Part shown: one piece after another, positions 49,545-61,996 of the stretch
Layout: each line of letters starts with the position of its first letter
Numbering within the stretch: the stretch's first letter is position 1
Assembly: GCA_965213685.1 (NCBI GenBank)
Contig: CBDBZY010000041.1
Span: 524,778-588,777 of the forward strand
DNA from: a bacterium
GTDB lineage: Bacteria; UBA8248
Direction: 5' to 3'
Length of the DNA: 64,000 nucleotides
Made by a program: the position numbers and the translations under genes
The notes under the pieces: generated by a model
The model's database searches: none
What the model was told of the DNA's origin: nothing
What the model saw: only the letters and a program-made list of their open reading frames with translations

Positions 49545-50865
49545 CTGAGGGAGGGAGGGAGGGAGGGAGGGAGAAAGAGAGGGAGGGAGGGAGGGGGGAA
49601 AGGGGAGAGAGGGGAGTGGTAGGTAATACATGACAATCACAAGGGCAAGGACTGCAAGTGTGGCCATAACAACTGATGGCACCTGTACCTGAACAACAAC
49701 AACACATCCATAGTACTTAATATATTATGTACATGCATATACATGCACATATTGTATGTGTACATGTACATTGGAGTCATGTGCAAATAGTCGTACATAC
49801 TGTACATGCACATGTACAAAAGGGGTTACTGGGGGAAATGGTGCTGAGCCTAAAGGAAGGAGGTAGGGAGGGAGGGAGGGAGGGGAGGTAGGGAGGAAGG
49901 TAGAGAGGAGGATGGAGGGAGGGGAGGAGTGAAACAGTGGTACTAACTGACAAGGCACAAAGCAGGAGGAGCACAAGGCAAGAGGAAATAAAGGCAGAAT
50001 GGAGGGTGAGGAATAGACCTTGATATATTATGCTGGCATAATTTTGAGAATAATAGGTAGTCAAAAGAATAGGGAAATAATTGGTACGAAAGTGAGAATG
50101 ATCGAAGGTTGTGTGAAAGTATAAAGTAATAAAAACACTTTGGCACCATGTTTTATTGCTCCACCCATTGCATGCCACGCACACATAATGAGGCTCACAG
50201 ATTATCCAGTATTGTGGGTAGATCAATTAATTAGTGTGCATTATTAAGAGTGTGCCGTAATGGCGGACGGAGATTCAAACCAGCCAGGTTGCAGTCTTGT
50301 GGAGGTTAAAGGTAAGCTCTGACTGAAGCAGGGAAAATGATTGATAGAGAAAGGAGGAAGGAATGGGAGAAGGGAGCGAGGGAGGGAGGGAGGGAGGGAG
50401 GGAGGGAGGGTGGAGGGAGGGAGGGTGGAGGGAGTACATGTACATGTACACTACATGAGTACATATGCATGATGTATGGGTACACGTACGTACATGTACA
50501 CATGTGCACTGCACAGTAGCTTGGCCATGATGTGGCTGCCCTGCAGGAGTCTGCCAGCCTTCAGAGAGTGGTGCTGTCTACCTCACACTGTGCTCCATGC
50601 ATGAGGTGAGCCTTCTACATTGGTGGGAGAGAGAGGGAGGGAGGGAGGGAGGGAGGAGAGAGAGGAAGGGAGGGAGGGAGGGAAGGAGGGAGGGGGAGAG
50701 GAAGGGTGGGAGGAGGAAGGAGGGAGGAGGAAGGAAGGGAGAGACAAAGGGAAGTGGGGTAGGAGGGATTGCATGTACACATGTACATGTACATACACAT
50801 TGCATGTGAATGTACACATACAGGTACATGTACGTGTGTACAGGTAAACAAATGTACACTGTTAC

Positions 50866-51004
50866 ATGTACCTGTACGTGTGGCAGTGCACTGTACCTGT
50901 ACGTGTGGTAGTGCACTGTACCTGTACATGTGGCAGTGCACTGTACCTGTACGTGTGGCAGTGCACTGTACCTGTACGTGTGGCAGTGCACTGTACCTGT
51001 ACGT
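50866..51004. repeat. 25-bp minisatellite, ~5.5 copies, overlapping a CTR9 splice donor
   Basis: Unit gtgcactgtacctgtacgtgtggca. Confidence 0.9.
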
Positions 51005-52229
51005 GGAAGGCCCTGGCCAGTTGGTAGCAGCTTTCTGCCTGCATGGCCTCCACGTCAGTGCCATGGAATGAGTGGAGAGCTAAGTGCTGCACCATACCAT
51101 AGTCCTGGGAGGGAGGGAGGGAGGGAGGCAGCAATGTACAGTGCACCTACACTGTATATACGTATACACTGTATATACATGTACATGTACATGTATATAC
51201 ATGTACACAGGTATACAGCTGTAGTATCTCTTGTAAGCAATACAAAATGATACAGAAGGAAGGGGAGGAGGTGAGTAATGTACAGTGAACCTACATCTGT
51301 ACATGTACTGTACATGAAGCCTTTCCTCATGTACATGTACATGTACATGTACATGGAGGTACAGTATACATGTACATGTCATGTACACTGTAAATGTACA
51401 TGCACATGTAATACAAAATGCTACAGGAGGGAGGGGAGGAGGTGGGAGACCTTCTTGAAGAAGAAGTGGTTGGCCAGGTGATTGAGGACCATGGGATTGG
51501 AGGAGTCGATTGTGTAGGCCTTTGAGAGAAGCTCAACACCTTTCTTGATGGAGTCATGCTGGGAGGGAGGGGGGGGCGGAAGGAGGTGGGGAGGGGGGGA
51601 AGGGAGGGAGGGAGAAATGGGGAGAGGGAGGAGTGGGGGGAGGGAGAGACGAGGGAGGGAGGGAGGGAGGGAGGGAGGGAGGAAGGAATGGAGGGAGGAA
51701 GGGAGGGAGAGAGGGAGGGAGGGAGGGGTGAAACGGAGTGGGGGAGAGAGAAGGAGAAAGGATGGAAGGGGGAGAGAGGGAGGTGTCCTCACAGTTCCAC
51801 TTACCTGTTTGCTGTTCAGCTCCAGAATAGCCATGCCCACCAGAGCACCCACACAGTGATAGTCCAGCTCCAGACACCGGTGGAACGCCATCCTGTGGGA
51901 GAGGTACAGTACATGTACACATGTACAGTACAACTCATGTGTCCCCATAAAGATTCAGACAGTGGTCATGGGACAGTTGTGTCTGCATAATACTGTTCAC
52001 CTCGCCTTCTCCAGATTTCCGAGCTTTACAAAACACAGTCCCATTCCCAATCTGACAGCACCTGGAACAGATTGACAACACATTCTTACATATACATGTA
52101 CATGTATTAATCAGTTAATGAGACGAGGCAAAGCAAAGCAACTACACCCGAAGACAACTCCCTTTCTCTCTAGAGAAAAAAATTGAGCTACCTCAGGCAG
52201 GATTCGAACATGTACATGTACATGAACAA

Positions 52230-53380
52230 TCACGTGCATAGTGCACCACAACTTGAAAGAAAGAAAGAAAAGAACAGAGAAGAAAGAAAGAAGAATCACA
52301 CACTATAAAATAGACAACAACCTCAACGGCTTAGAAAAAAATATATATATATATATTTTTTTTTAAAGAACAAAGCAACAAGCCTACACATATAAAAATA
52401 AACTCAGAATGAAAGGCAGATGGTCCACATGCCCAACCTTGAGAGCTGGGAATGGGGCTTAAAGATCTTTGATGGTGCACCAACTCTCACCACCCATGTG
52501 GACCATCTACCATCCATACACAAGACGCACAAACACAGAGCACAATCCTAAAAACCAGGCACAAGCAACAGCTCACCTTCTAGCTAAAAACAATTCAAAA
52601 AATGATGTGCAGCTGTATATTCGCTTAGATATAGTACATAGTACGAGAGTAGTGATCACATGATAGTGTGGTCATGTTGACTGACCACACCCCTATCTCC
52701 AGTATCTACATGTCTACATAGGTCATGTCTTACTTCCAGTGGAATGCAAATCCCTTCTAATACTTGCCTCTTCATACTCACACCATACTTACTGAACAAA
52801 TTTATATGTTTTCTAGCAAACTTCTTAAAATATGCACACAATTTGTCATACAAGAAACCTTGAGCTATCAATCTTCTGGTAAGTAACTTATGGCTAGCAC
52901 AAAAGGTGTCATATGTATCACATATTCTACTAATCCGTACTAACTGAGAAAATGTACACCCCACATGTAGGATTGGCAGGTATATTACTAGACATAAACG
53001 GAAAGTTAATGATTTCAAAACTAAAATTGTCCCTTTTATAATACACTTCTGTTATGTATTTATTACCACATATGCTAATCAGAATGTCCGGGTACGACAC
53101 CCTATTGGCTGCTTCACTTGTTTTTTTAAGGCTCAATTCTTTAGGGTATATCTCACCAATTGCCGCATCAAACGTAGCATTATTTAGAGTAAGCAAATCA
53201 TCTATGTACCTCGATCACAGTATCACTAAACATTTTGGCTGCACACATGTTGTCCTTCATCAACTTCTTCATGTATAGGTATTCATAATGAAACAGAAAC
53301 AGATTGGCCAGTTGAGGTACACAATCTGTTCCCATGGGGATACCAACTGTTTGGCGATACACCTTATTACCCACTTTAAT
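52230..53380 (-). mobile_element. Penelope-type RT 3' remnant (probably Naiad-like) inside a CTR9 intron
   Basis: GIPMGTDCVPQLANLFL, YIDD, KRDNFSFEIINFPFMSSNIP, SQLVRISRIC. No C-terminal GIY-YIG. Frameshifted. Confidence 0.75.
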
Positions 53381-54101
53381 GTACATGTATGTACAGTGTA
53401 CATATACATACAATGTAGTACATGTACATGTACCTGGGCAGTTTGGGTTTGTCCTGAGAGCCTTCTTGTAGAAGACCAGAGCTCCCTTGTAGTCCTTCTT
53501 GTTGTAAGCAATGCACGCCTTACCGGATGTTCTCTGGGGACTGAGGGAGGGAGGGAGGGAGGGAGGGAGGGAGGGGGGGAAGTGTACATGTACATGTACA
53601 GTATGGGAGGTGGGTTCCTCTGGTGCCCCGACCGACTCTTTACTACTGAGTTATATATGAGTACATCAGGGGAGAGACACTGTTGCCTTCCATTGAAGAT
53701 TCAGCCTGTCCAGCTTTTCTAAGCTGCTGAGGTTGTTGGAGTTACCTACGTTTCTAAGCCCTTGAGGCTGTTTACTAAGCAATAAACTACATTATCTTTC
53801 TAAGCAACTGAGGATATTGTAAGATTTATGTGTGTGGTCTGGCTTTCTTTCTTCTTACGTTTCTTTTCCTGCAATTTGCAGTGCGCTATGCATATGATGT
53901 ACATGTACAATATTCAGATGTACATGTACATGTACTCTTTAACACATGTACATGTACATGTATTAAAGAGTACATGTATTAGGGTGTGCACGGTTACTGT
54001 GTTTGATGGTTAGGACAATTGTGATGAAGCTGAGTTGCTGACTGGGTTTTGAACGTAAACCTTAGGATAGTACCATCAATCCTGCACTCCTCTGCCACCA
54101 G

Positions 54102-54175
54102 AGACCCAGTGGCTCAGTGGTAAGTGTCTGACTAGTATTCAGAAGGTCCTGGGTTCAAATCCCAGCTGGGTCCAG
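54102..54175 (+). mobile_element. tRNA-derived SINE or pseudo-tRNA (AGT anticodon-like loop)
   Basis: gtggctcagtggtaa...ctgactagtattcag...gggttcaaatccc. Confidence 0.55.
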
Positions 54176-57100
54176 ATTTTTTTCAGGACTCCTTCAGCAG
54201 CTCAGCGTGACGTAGAGAAACAGTTTGTGATTTGTTTGAGTTAAATCATGTATGTACATGTACATGTGGCAGCATGGAGTGACCTGCTGTAGGACAAAGG
54301 AGAACTGAGCGTCAGCCTGATCCATCTTGTCTCCCTCTAGCAGAGAGAAGTACGCGCGGCCCAGCAGATGGTTAGTGTCATACATGATGATCTTGTCAGC
54401 AGTTGTGTAGAGGAATGTCGCCTGTGAGGGAGGGAGGGAAGGAAAGAGGGAGGAAGAGAGGAAGGCAGGAGTGAAGGGAGGAAGGGAAGGAGAGAGAAAG
54501 AGGCAGAAAAAGAGGGAGTGGTGGATGGAATAGGGGAGGAAGGGAGGTGAGGAGGGAGGAAGCACAGGAGGAGGGAGAGAGAAGGTAAAACGTGAGTAAA
54601 ATAAGAGCTGTTCCCAGCCCATGTGACCTCTGACCTGTGCAAAGAGCTCCTTCTTCTTCTCCCTGCTCTTCTCCCTCCTGGCCTGCTGGATCTGGTAGGC
54701 TGCCAGAGTGTCCAGGACAGTCATCTGGTCCTTCTCACTGTCTGCATAGCTCATGTCTGCATCTGAAACAGAGATGATGGAGGGAGGGAGGGAGGGAGGG
54801 AGGGAGGGAGGGGAGGGAGCAAAGAGAAGAGAGGGAGGGAGAAAGGGAGGGAGGGAGGGAGGGAAGGAAAGTAGAAAAGGTGACCTGTACATACACCTAC
54901 ATACGGAGTGATATTGAGAATTGTGAAGGCTGGCTGTCACCCGGTGGCCATAGCTCAGGTGGTATTAGCCTCGTACCCAGTCTCTCCCACCGCACACACA
55001 CAATGATTGATGACCTTTGTACCCGGAAGGATACGCTGTGGGAGAGACCGGTACACGATGCCATTTTATTACACGAAGGGGTACAAAGGGGTAAAAAGAC
55101 CTGAAATTAGCGTGGGCAGAGTCACGGAATACTGCCTACGCATTACCAATAATGCCCACGTGCGCGGAGTAAGGGCGGTGCAACTCCACTTAGCTACTGC
55201 GGCCTGGGGGAGGCTAGGTTGTAGATCCAGGAGAAGAGGTTAGACAGTAGATCAAAAGACCAGAGTCTCTAAAGCTAGACTCTAGATCCGGAGGAAGGCA
55301 CGCTACATCTAGGTCTAGACCTCTACATGTACTGTAGATCCAGACTCTAGATCTAGGAGGAGACGTGCATGGCTACCGTTCCAGTAACTAACGAGTTCTT
55401 CTGATCACTGACCACTTCGAGATGCCTCCAATAGTCTGACAAACTCTTCATGTTTATTCTGCTTGTAGAAGTGGAGCTGATGGCAGAAGGGGAGGAGGAG
55501 GAGGAGGAGGAGGAGGAGGAGAAGGAGGAGGGAGAGGAGGAGGATTTCCCCACCTACCATAATTATAAGGTAGAGGGGGAGTACTCACAGCGAGGGCCAC
55601 CCATGTGTGCAGAGGAGCTCTCTCATCTCTGAGGATACTGATCACCTCATCTCCCTCTGGTAGCTGGTCAATGTCCAATTCAATCACCTGGACACAGGGA
55701 AAAGGCTGGCCATGTGCCCATGCACACACTTTACTGCTCCACATACTGCACTGCACACACAATACCAGAATGCCCACACATGCATGCACACATGTACATG
55801 TATACGTGCATGTGGTTTTGTCGAAAGCTATAGTGTGCATTGAATAGAACTAGCGTCCTTCCCTCCCTCACACACGCAGAATGAAGCTCTCTGCAGGCTC
55901 ACCTCGTCCGTGTCCCTGAGAGGAATCTCTATGGAGGACGCACCAGGTACGTACCGCGTGGCCATCTCCACTCGCTGCCGCAGGAGAGAGGGAGCAGAGG
56001 CTGGAGCGATGGAGTGCAGTGAGCGTGAGGTGCTTCTATTTAGAGCACATGGGCGGAGTTAGTGGTCCAGCTGTGTCTACATCATAACATGTTCGTTATG
56101 TATTATGCGTGTACGTCGGAGCAGCAAAGAACGTGTCTCAGTTGGTTTGACCTGTTTGTTGACCGGGCAAGGGCTAGGAACTACTTTACTTCCATCATGC
56201 TTGATCTTATCACGCAGGAGTGCAGGTAATTCTTAACACGTGATCCCTCACTACACGTACATGACATTGTTCACGAGACTAGACATTGTACATGTGTAGG
56301 GCTGAGAGACGTATATTTCTAAGCTGTTGTTTGTGTTCTTTCCTTTCTTAATTCTTCTTTCTTTCTATTTATAGTGCTTATACATGTACATGTACATGTA
56401 TATGTGATTTTTCATGTACTTCTCTTTCTGTTTTTTTCCCTCCCTCCTCCCCTCATCTGTCCTTCAACTTCGTTATTCCTTTCCCCCTCCTCCCCCTCTC
56501 TCCCTCTCTCCCTCTCTCCCTCTCTCCCTCTCTCCCTCTCTCCCTCTCTCCCTCCCTCCCTCTCTTCTGCAGAGTTGGCACTGGAGGAGACAGCACAGGG
56601 CACTAAATACTCACAGAACTGTCAGTGCCATCAAAGCCATCCTGTGAGACATGCACTGCAGTCAGAGATAGTTGACAATTGCTGCATGTCTTCATCATGT
56701 AGTCACTCCATCCCCCTCTCCTCTTCCTCCTCCTCCTCCTCCTCCTCCTCCTCCTCCTTTTCTTCCTAATTAATCCTCTCTCCTCCTCCTCTTCCTAATA
56801 ATTAACCTTCCCCTATCCTCCTCCTCTTCTTCCTCTTCTTCCTCCTCCTCCTCTTCCAGATTTCTCTATCACTCACTCTCCCCCTCCCTCCTTCATGCTC
56901 TCTCTCATATCATTATTGCTGTATTCATCAGTCCAAACACGTGATGTTGCAATCATTCTTATGTTCTGAACAAACTGCTTTTAATCAAAAAATTATTTTT
57001 ACAAAGATCACAATGCATTAACACAACACACAGAATATCGGCTAGTGTTGGAATGAGTGTATAGGGATAATAATATATACACCAACACTTCATTACGAAA

Positions 57101-57529
57101 AATGTGATTTCAATTGTTCCACTATACAAAGTTTTCATGTTACATAACGTATGCATGTAAACCAGAATCATACTTATACAATCATGTAATTATAGCAGCT
57201 ATTTTCACAAACGTTGGGTATAATTAAGCCAACACACATAATAACAGGTTGTAATGTGCTTTCTTTTCTATAGTAGTATTAACCAAAATGTACAACATAA
57301 CGTCTAATCTCACATAACACAATGTATACATGTACATGTAAACCGCAAGACACATATTTGGGGATGTAATTAAGACAACACACATAATAGCAGGTTATAG
57401 GAGTGAAGTAACATGTAATGCATAGTAGCATACAGATTATTAAATGTAAAATCAAATCACTGAAGTAATTAGTGGTAGTTCACATGTACAGTTGTGCACA
57501 GTGAGGTGTTATCAGAGAAGCAATCAGTG

Positions 57530-58432
57530 TTACTCTAATGATCCTACCCACACTTGCTGGGAATACCTCCCAACACCCTCCACAATCCCCCCAGCCACAA
57601 GCAGTTCACCAGAGGGGAGTACTGCACAAGAGTGAGCATACATTCCCACAGGAAGCTCTCCACACTTGCTCCATTTCTTCCCTTCTGCCTCATATCTGTA
57701 GAGCTCCTTTCTCACCCCCGACCCTTTTACCTTACTCCCTCCTACCAGTAGCAAGTGGTTCTGCAGGGCTAAGAGTGTGGGGCCACCTACTGGAGGGGAT
57801 GGCAGTTCCTGCCATGTTGGGCCAGTGGTGGTGTTGCGAGTTGCATTTGATATCAGGGTGGGGAGGTGGGCGGAGAACACGTGAGGCTGACCACCACTCC
57901 AGACATATGATGAAATGTATACGTAATCACTAATGATGACTGCTGTCATGGCCCTACCCCCCACAGGCACTGGCTGTGCACTGTACCACTGGTGGGTGGA
58001 GCAGTCCAGGACTTCTACTGTGTCCTTGTTGGGGTACCCACATGCCACAATGAGGTATTGCTGGTAGCGCACAGCAGCTGACCATGATCTACCAGTGGGC
58101 ATTCTTGGATAGTGCTGAGTATTCCAGCAATGACTCTCACTGTCCCATAATTGGATAGCAGTGCTGCCTCCCTCACCACCAGCTAGTAATAGCTGGTCCT
58201 TGACTGATGCCATGGCAAAGAAGCACTCAGTGCTCTTTGGCAGCTGAGACCACTTCCCCCTACTGGGGTCATACCTCATAACAATGTAGTCATTGTTGTC
58301 CTTCCTAGCCTGCCCATTAATGTAGACTTCTCCCTTCAGTGCTACTGTGTGGGCACACTGGACTCCAAAGGGCAAGTCCTTTCCTCTCCTCCATTTGAGT
58401 GGGAGGGGCCATCTCAGTGGCTGGACCTGGGG
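57530..58432 (-). CDS. Kelch beta-propeller terminal exon (copy 4); upstream exons extend beyond the window
   Basis: Acceptor cag|CCCCAG, open 301 codons. First blade is divergent. Confidence 0.88.
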   Translation of the reverse strand, partial: PQVQPLRWPLPLKWRRGKDLPFGVQCAHTVALKGEVYINGQARKDNNDYIVMRYDPSRGKWSQLPKSTECFFAMASVKDQLLLAGGEGGSTAIQLWDSESHCWNTQHYPRMPTGRSWSAAVRYQQYLIVACGYPNKDTVEVLDCSTHQWYSAQPVPVGGRAMTAVIISDYVYISSYVWSGGQPHVFSAHLPTLISNATRNTTTGPTWQELPSPPVGGPTLLALQNHLLLVGGSKVKGSGVRKELYRYEAEGKKWSKCGELPVGMYAHSCAVLPSGELLVAGGIVEGVGRYSQQVWVGSLE

Positions 58433-60326
58433 CTGTAATGAGGTGAATGATGCAGGGAGGGAGGGAGGGAGGGAGAGAGAGGGAGGGAGGGAGGGAGGGA
58501 GGGAGGGAGGGAGGAAGGGAAGGAGGGAGGGAGAGGGAGGAAGACAGAAGGAGTGATGTAAGAATAGTGGCATGGAGAGAAGGTGAAAGAGAGTAGGAGT
58601 GAGGAAAGGGGGAGGAAGGAGAAAGATAATTAATGCACACATGTATATGACATTGTGCTAATGACATTCCATGTAAACAATTCTGTACACAGGTGTGGTA
58701 TACATGTAGCTGGCTAGTAATGCAGGAGCTATTGATTAATTAGCTACAAATTCATTTATTATTTCCTTGGCAAGAAGGTTAACCATGTACACTAGGGTAA
58801 CACACTATCTCATCTTGTGTGGCTGGCTCACAGGTGGAGGGTGTGCTCTGTTCTGGTGTCTGACTATTGAGGAATGGAATGGCCACACCAGTCTCTCCTC
58901 TCACACCATATGTGTGAGTGTCTTCCTCTAGCTCGTCCTCCCTCCCTCTCCTTCCCTCCCACCTAGTGCAGTTTTAGTTTAGAGGGATTTGCAGTTGATT
59001 AAACTTCTTAGTTCAACTACCATTGCTGGAGCAATTTTGTTAGTTGCCCTAATTAATTTTGTTATACTTCGATCTCTTAATAGAACTTCAACACAATTCT
59101 TTGATTATATATCCCTGATTGCTTGCTAGTAAGGATGTAGTTAAGTACACAACAACGTACTGTAGTTTTAGTTGCATGTAGTTATAATTAACAACAATAC
59201 CATTTACTAGAAGGCTGTACAGATTACCACAGAATTCAACACAATGACTGCAGTAACTGTGTACAGACATGGCAGTACTGGTTTAAATTAACATTACTGT
59301 GGGCTGTGACAATTAGTGTTGGTTTAATGTACTTTTGTTGTGATTAACTACTACAGTGCCACCCTTCTTCCCTTCCTCCCCCCTCCCTCCCCTTCCTCTC
59401 ACCCTTCCCTCACACCCTCACACCATCAACCCCTCCCCTCCTCCCTACCCTCCTCCCCTCTCCCTCCCCTCCTCCTCTCCCCGTGCCATATGATTGTGTG
59501 TATCTAACCTCTAGCTCTTCTTCCACCCCTTCCATTCCCCCCTCTCCTTCCCTTCCTACCCCCTCCCCCCTTTTCTCCTCCCTCCTCCTCCCCTCCCCTG
59601 GCAGCCCCTTCCCTCCTCCCTCCCCTTCCCCCGTCCCCCTTCCCTGCTCTCCCCCTCACCCTTCTCCCTGCCCTCCTCCCTCCCTTCCCTCCTCCCCCAC
59701 CCCCATCCCCCTCCCCTTCTCCCCTCCTTCTTTCACCCTCCCTCACTCCCTATCTTCCCTCCATCCTTCCTTCATCCCTCTTTCGTTAACTACATGTATA
59801 AACTAATGGAATACATTGTAGTGAACAGATATCCTTCTGGTATTCACATGCATGAACTGAACTAAGAGAAACTGTAACTAATTCAAAGGCAATTTATGTT
59901 AGACAAAATCATAACTAAAACAGGTTTATTAAACTGATTGGCTGTGTATTGTTGTCTTTGACTTGGCCGAGAGTAAGACTCGATAACTGATTATTTACTT
60001 ATGCACAGTACATTTATACAAGACTGCACAGTCTCTCTGGGGGATGTATGGCTACTCCAGATCTTGATCGAGTAACGATCCTTTCTCGAGTAGTTGTAGC
60101 TGGATCAGCTGGCTGGTTGGTGGATGTGGAGTTATCCACGGTCTGTGGAATGATTTTTAGTTGTTGCCTGTTCCTTCTGACTTCTCCGGATGGAGTGTCT
60201 ACTATGTAGGATCGGGGAGCACTGGCTTGTCTCACAACTGTTCCAGAACTTGTCCGGTCATGTGTCCTGATCCACACATCTGTGTCACTGGGAATGGGAG
60301 GTAGGTCTTGGACTCTATGTCGTCTG

Positions 60327-61691
60327 TCATAGTCTCAGGATTCGTGGTGGGAGGCTGTCCAGGTTCTTTGACCTTAGCAGTGGCACCAATGGCTTGTGAT
60401 CTGTTTCAATTTGAAACTTCCTGCCAAGGATGTATGTTGCGAATTTCTCGCATGCCCATATGGTTGCCAAGGCCTCCTTCTCGATCTGTGCGTATTGAGT
60501 TTCGGTCTCCGTCATTGATCTTGAGGCAAATGCAATGGGTTTCCATTCTGATCTCTCTTGCTGCAGGAGGACGGCACCTAGTCCGTAGGATGAGGCATCA
60601 GCACTGACTTTGATTGGTGTCTCTGGACTGTAGAGTGTCAGGACTTGTGGCTTCATGAGCTCAGCTTTGACATTTGCGAATGCCTGGTCTTGTTGTGGTC
60701 CCCACAGCCATGTTGACTTCTTGGTCAGCAGTTGTCTCAGTGGATGGGTTAACTCTGCCAGATTCTGGGAGAATTTCCCTAGCTGGTTTGTCATGCCCAT
60801 AAAGCGGCGAAGTTCCGAGATGTTTGTGGGTGGTTTCATTTCCACGATCGCTGAGACCTTGTCTGGGTCTGCTCTTATTCCATCCTGATCAATCAGGTGC
60901 CCTAGGAACTTCAGCTGCTTCCTTTTGAACTCACACTTGTTTGGGTTCAAAGTGACTCCTGCTGAGTGGATTCTCTGCAGTGCTTTGGTTAGCCGCTGGT
61001 TGTGTTCTGCTTCGTCTTTCCCAAATATTAGGATGTCGTCCATCAGACATAGCACACCATCAAGGCCTGTGAGAATTGCTGTCATCCTCTTCTGGAGGTG
61101 TTCGGGAGCACTGGAGATTCCGAATGGCATCTTTGTGAAATGAAACCTTCCAAAGGGGGTGATAAATGTTGTCAGCTGTTGAGAGCTCTTGGCTAGTGGT
61201 ATCTGCCAGAACCCACTGTTGGCGTCCAGCTTGCTGAAGAGCTTGGCTCCTGAGAGTTGTGCCAGTATATTGTCAACCTTTGGGAGGGGATGGATTTCAC
61301 GAAGCACTGACTCATTCAGTGGCTTCAGGTCAATGCAGATCCTGATTTTCCCATCTCGTTTGGGAACAACCACCATTCCAGCACACCAGGGTGTTGGGTC
61401 ACTGCTCTTTTCAATCACTCCCATGGACTCCATCTTGTCCAGCTCTTGTTTCACCTTCTCTCGGAGGGGGAGGGGGACATGTCTTGGAGTGTAGATGCAG
61501 TGGGGTACTGCTCCATCCTTGAGATGTATCTCAAATGGCTCACCTAGGTTGCCTAGGCCTTCAAAAAGGGAGGGGAACTGTTTCTGGTAGTCCTCTGTTG
61601 TCTCGGTATTGTCTAACCGAATGGCCAGTCTCAGTGCTGTGATAGCTGGAAGTCCAAGGAGGTTAGACTTTAGCCCTCTGACAACAAACAC
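60327..61691 (-). CDS. Gypsy Pol (RT and RNase H); integrase core deleted
   Basis: KLDANSGFWQ, MPFGISSAPE, LMDDIL, ADASSYGLGAVL, TDHKPL. Confidence 0.85.
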   Translation of the reverse strand: MFVVRGLKSNLLGLPAITALRLAIRLDNTETTEDYQKQFPSLFEGLGNLGEPFEIHLKDGAVPHCIYTPRHVPLPLREKVKQELDKMESMGVIEKSSDPTPWCAGMVVVPKRDGKIRICIDLKPLNESVLREIHPLPKVDNILAQLSGAKLFSKLDANSGFWQIPLAKSSQQLTTFITPFGRFHFTKMPFGISSAPEHLQKRMTAILTGLDGVLCLMDDILIFGKDEAEHNQRLTKALQRIHSAGVTLNPNKCEFKRKQLKFLGHLIDQDGIRADPDKVSAIVEMKPPTNISELRRFMGMTNQLGKFSQNLAELTHPLRQLLTKKSTWLWGPQQDQAFANVKAELMKPQVLTLYSPETPIKVSADASSYGLGAVLLQQERSEWKPIAFASRSMTETETQYAQIEKEALATIWACEKFATYILGRKFQIETDHKPLVPLLRSKNLDSLPPRILRL

Positions 61692-61996
61692 TGGTTGTGT
61701 TGCTGCTTTCCCTTTGTGGCTGAACTTCCCAGGGAACTGTCCAATGCAGTGGAGTGGCTCTCGGGATGGTCCATAGAGAACCTTGGTGGAGGGTGAGGTT
61801 TGCGGGCTCTGTAACTTGGTTCTGTAGGCATCCTCAGAGATGGCTGTGACTTCCGCACCGGTGTCCAGTTTGAACTGCAGGCTGTGTCCGTTCAGCTCTA
61901 ACGTTGTTAGCCATGAAGGATTCCGCTGAGATCCTAACTCGCCTAAGAAAACAGTATCTCTCTCGCTCTCGATTGCTGCGTCTTGCGTCTGCTTTG

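Larger units (their letters stand above)
50997..55965 (-). pseudogene. CTR9: CTR9 (PAF1 complex TPR protein) exons 1-10, 3'-truncated with a frameshift in exon 6 (copy C)
   Basis: Exons 55965-55903, 55687-55589, 55476-55413, 54762-54635, 54421-54284, 53540-53434, 52061-52001, 51892-51805, 51558-51451 and 51104-50997. They translate to [26 protein letters not shown]...[16 protein letters not shown]. Exon 6 reads SPENIR*, about 11 nt short. Confidence 0.93.

Noticed and set aside
50866-51004. CRISPR-like array
   Set aside because: Head-to-tail repeats with no unique spacers, no cas genes and a eukaryotic context.
50997-55965. The functional CTR9 gene
   Set aside because: Frameshift and stop in exon 6, and only about the first 320 codons are present.
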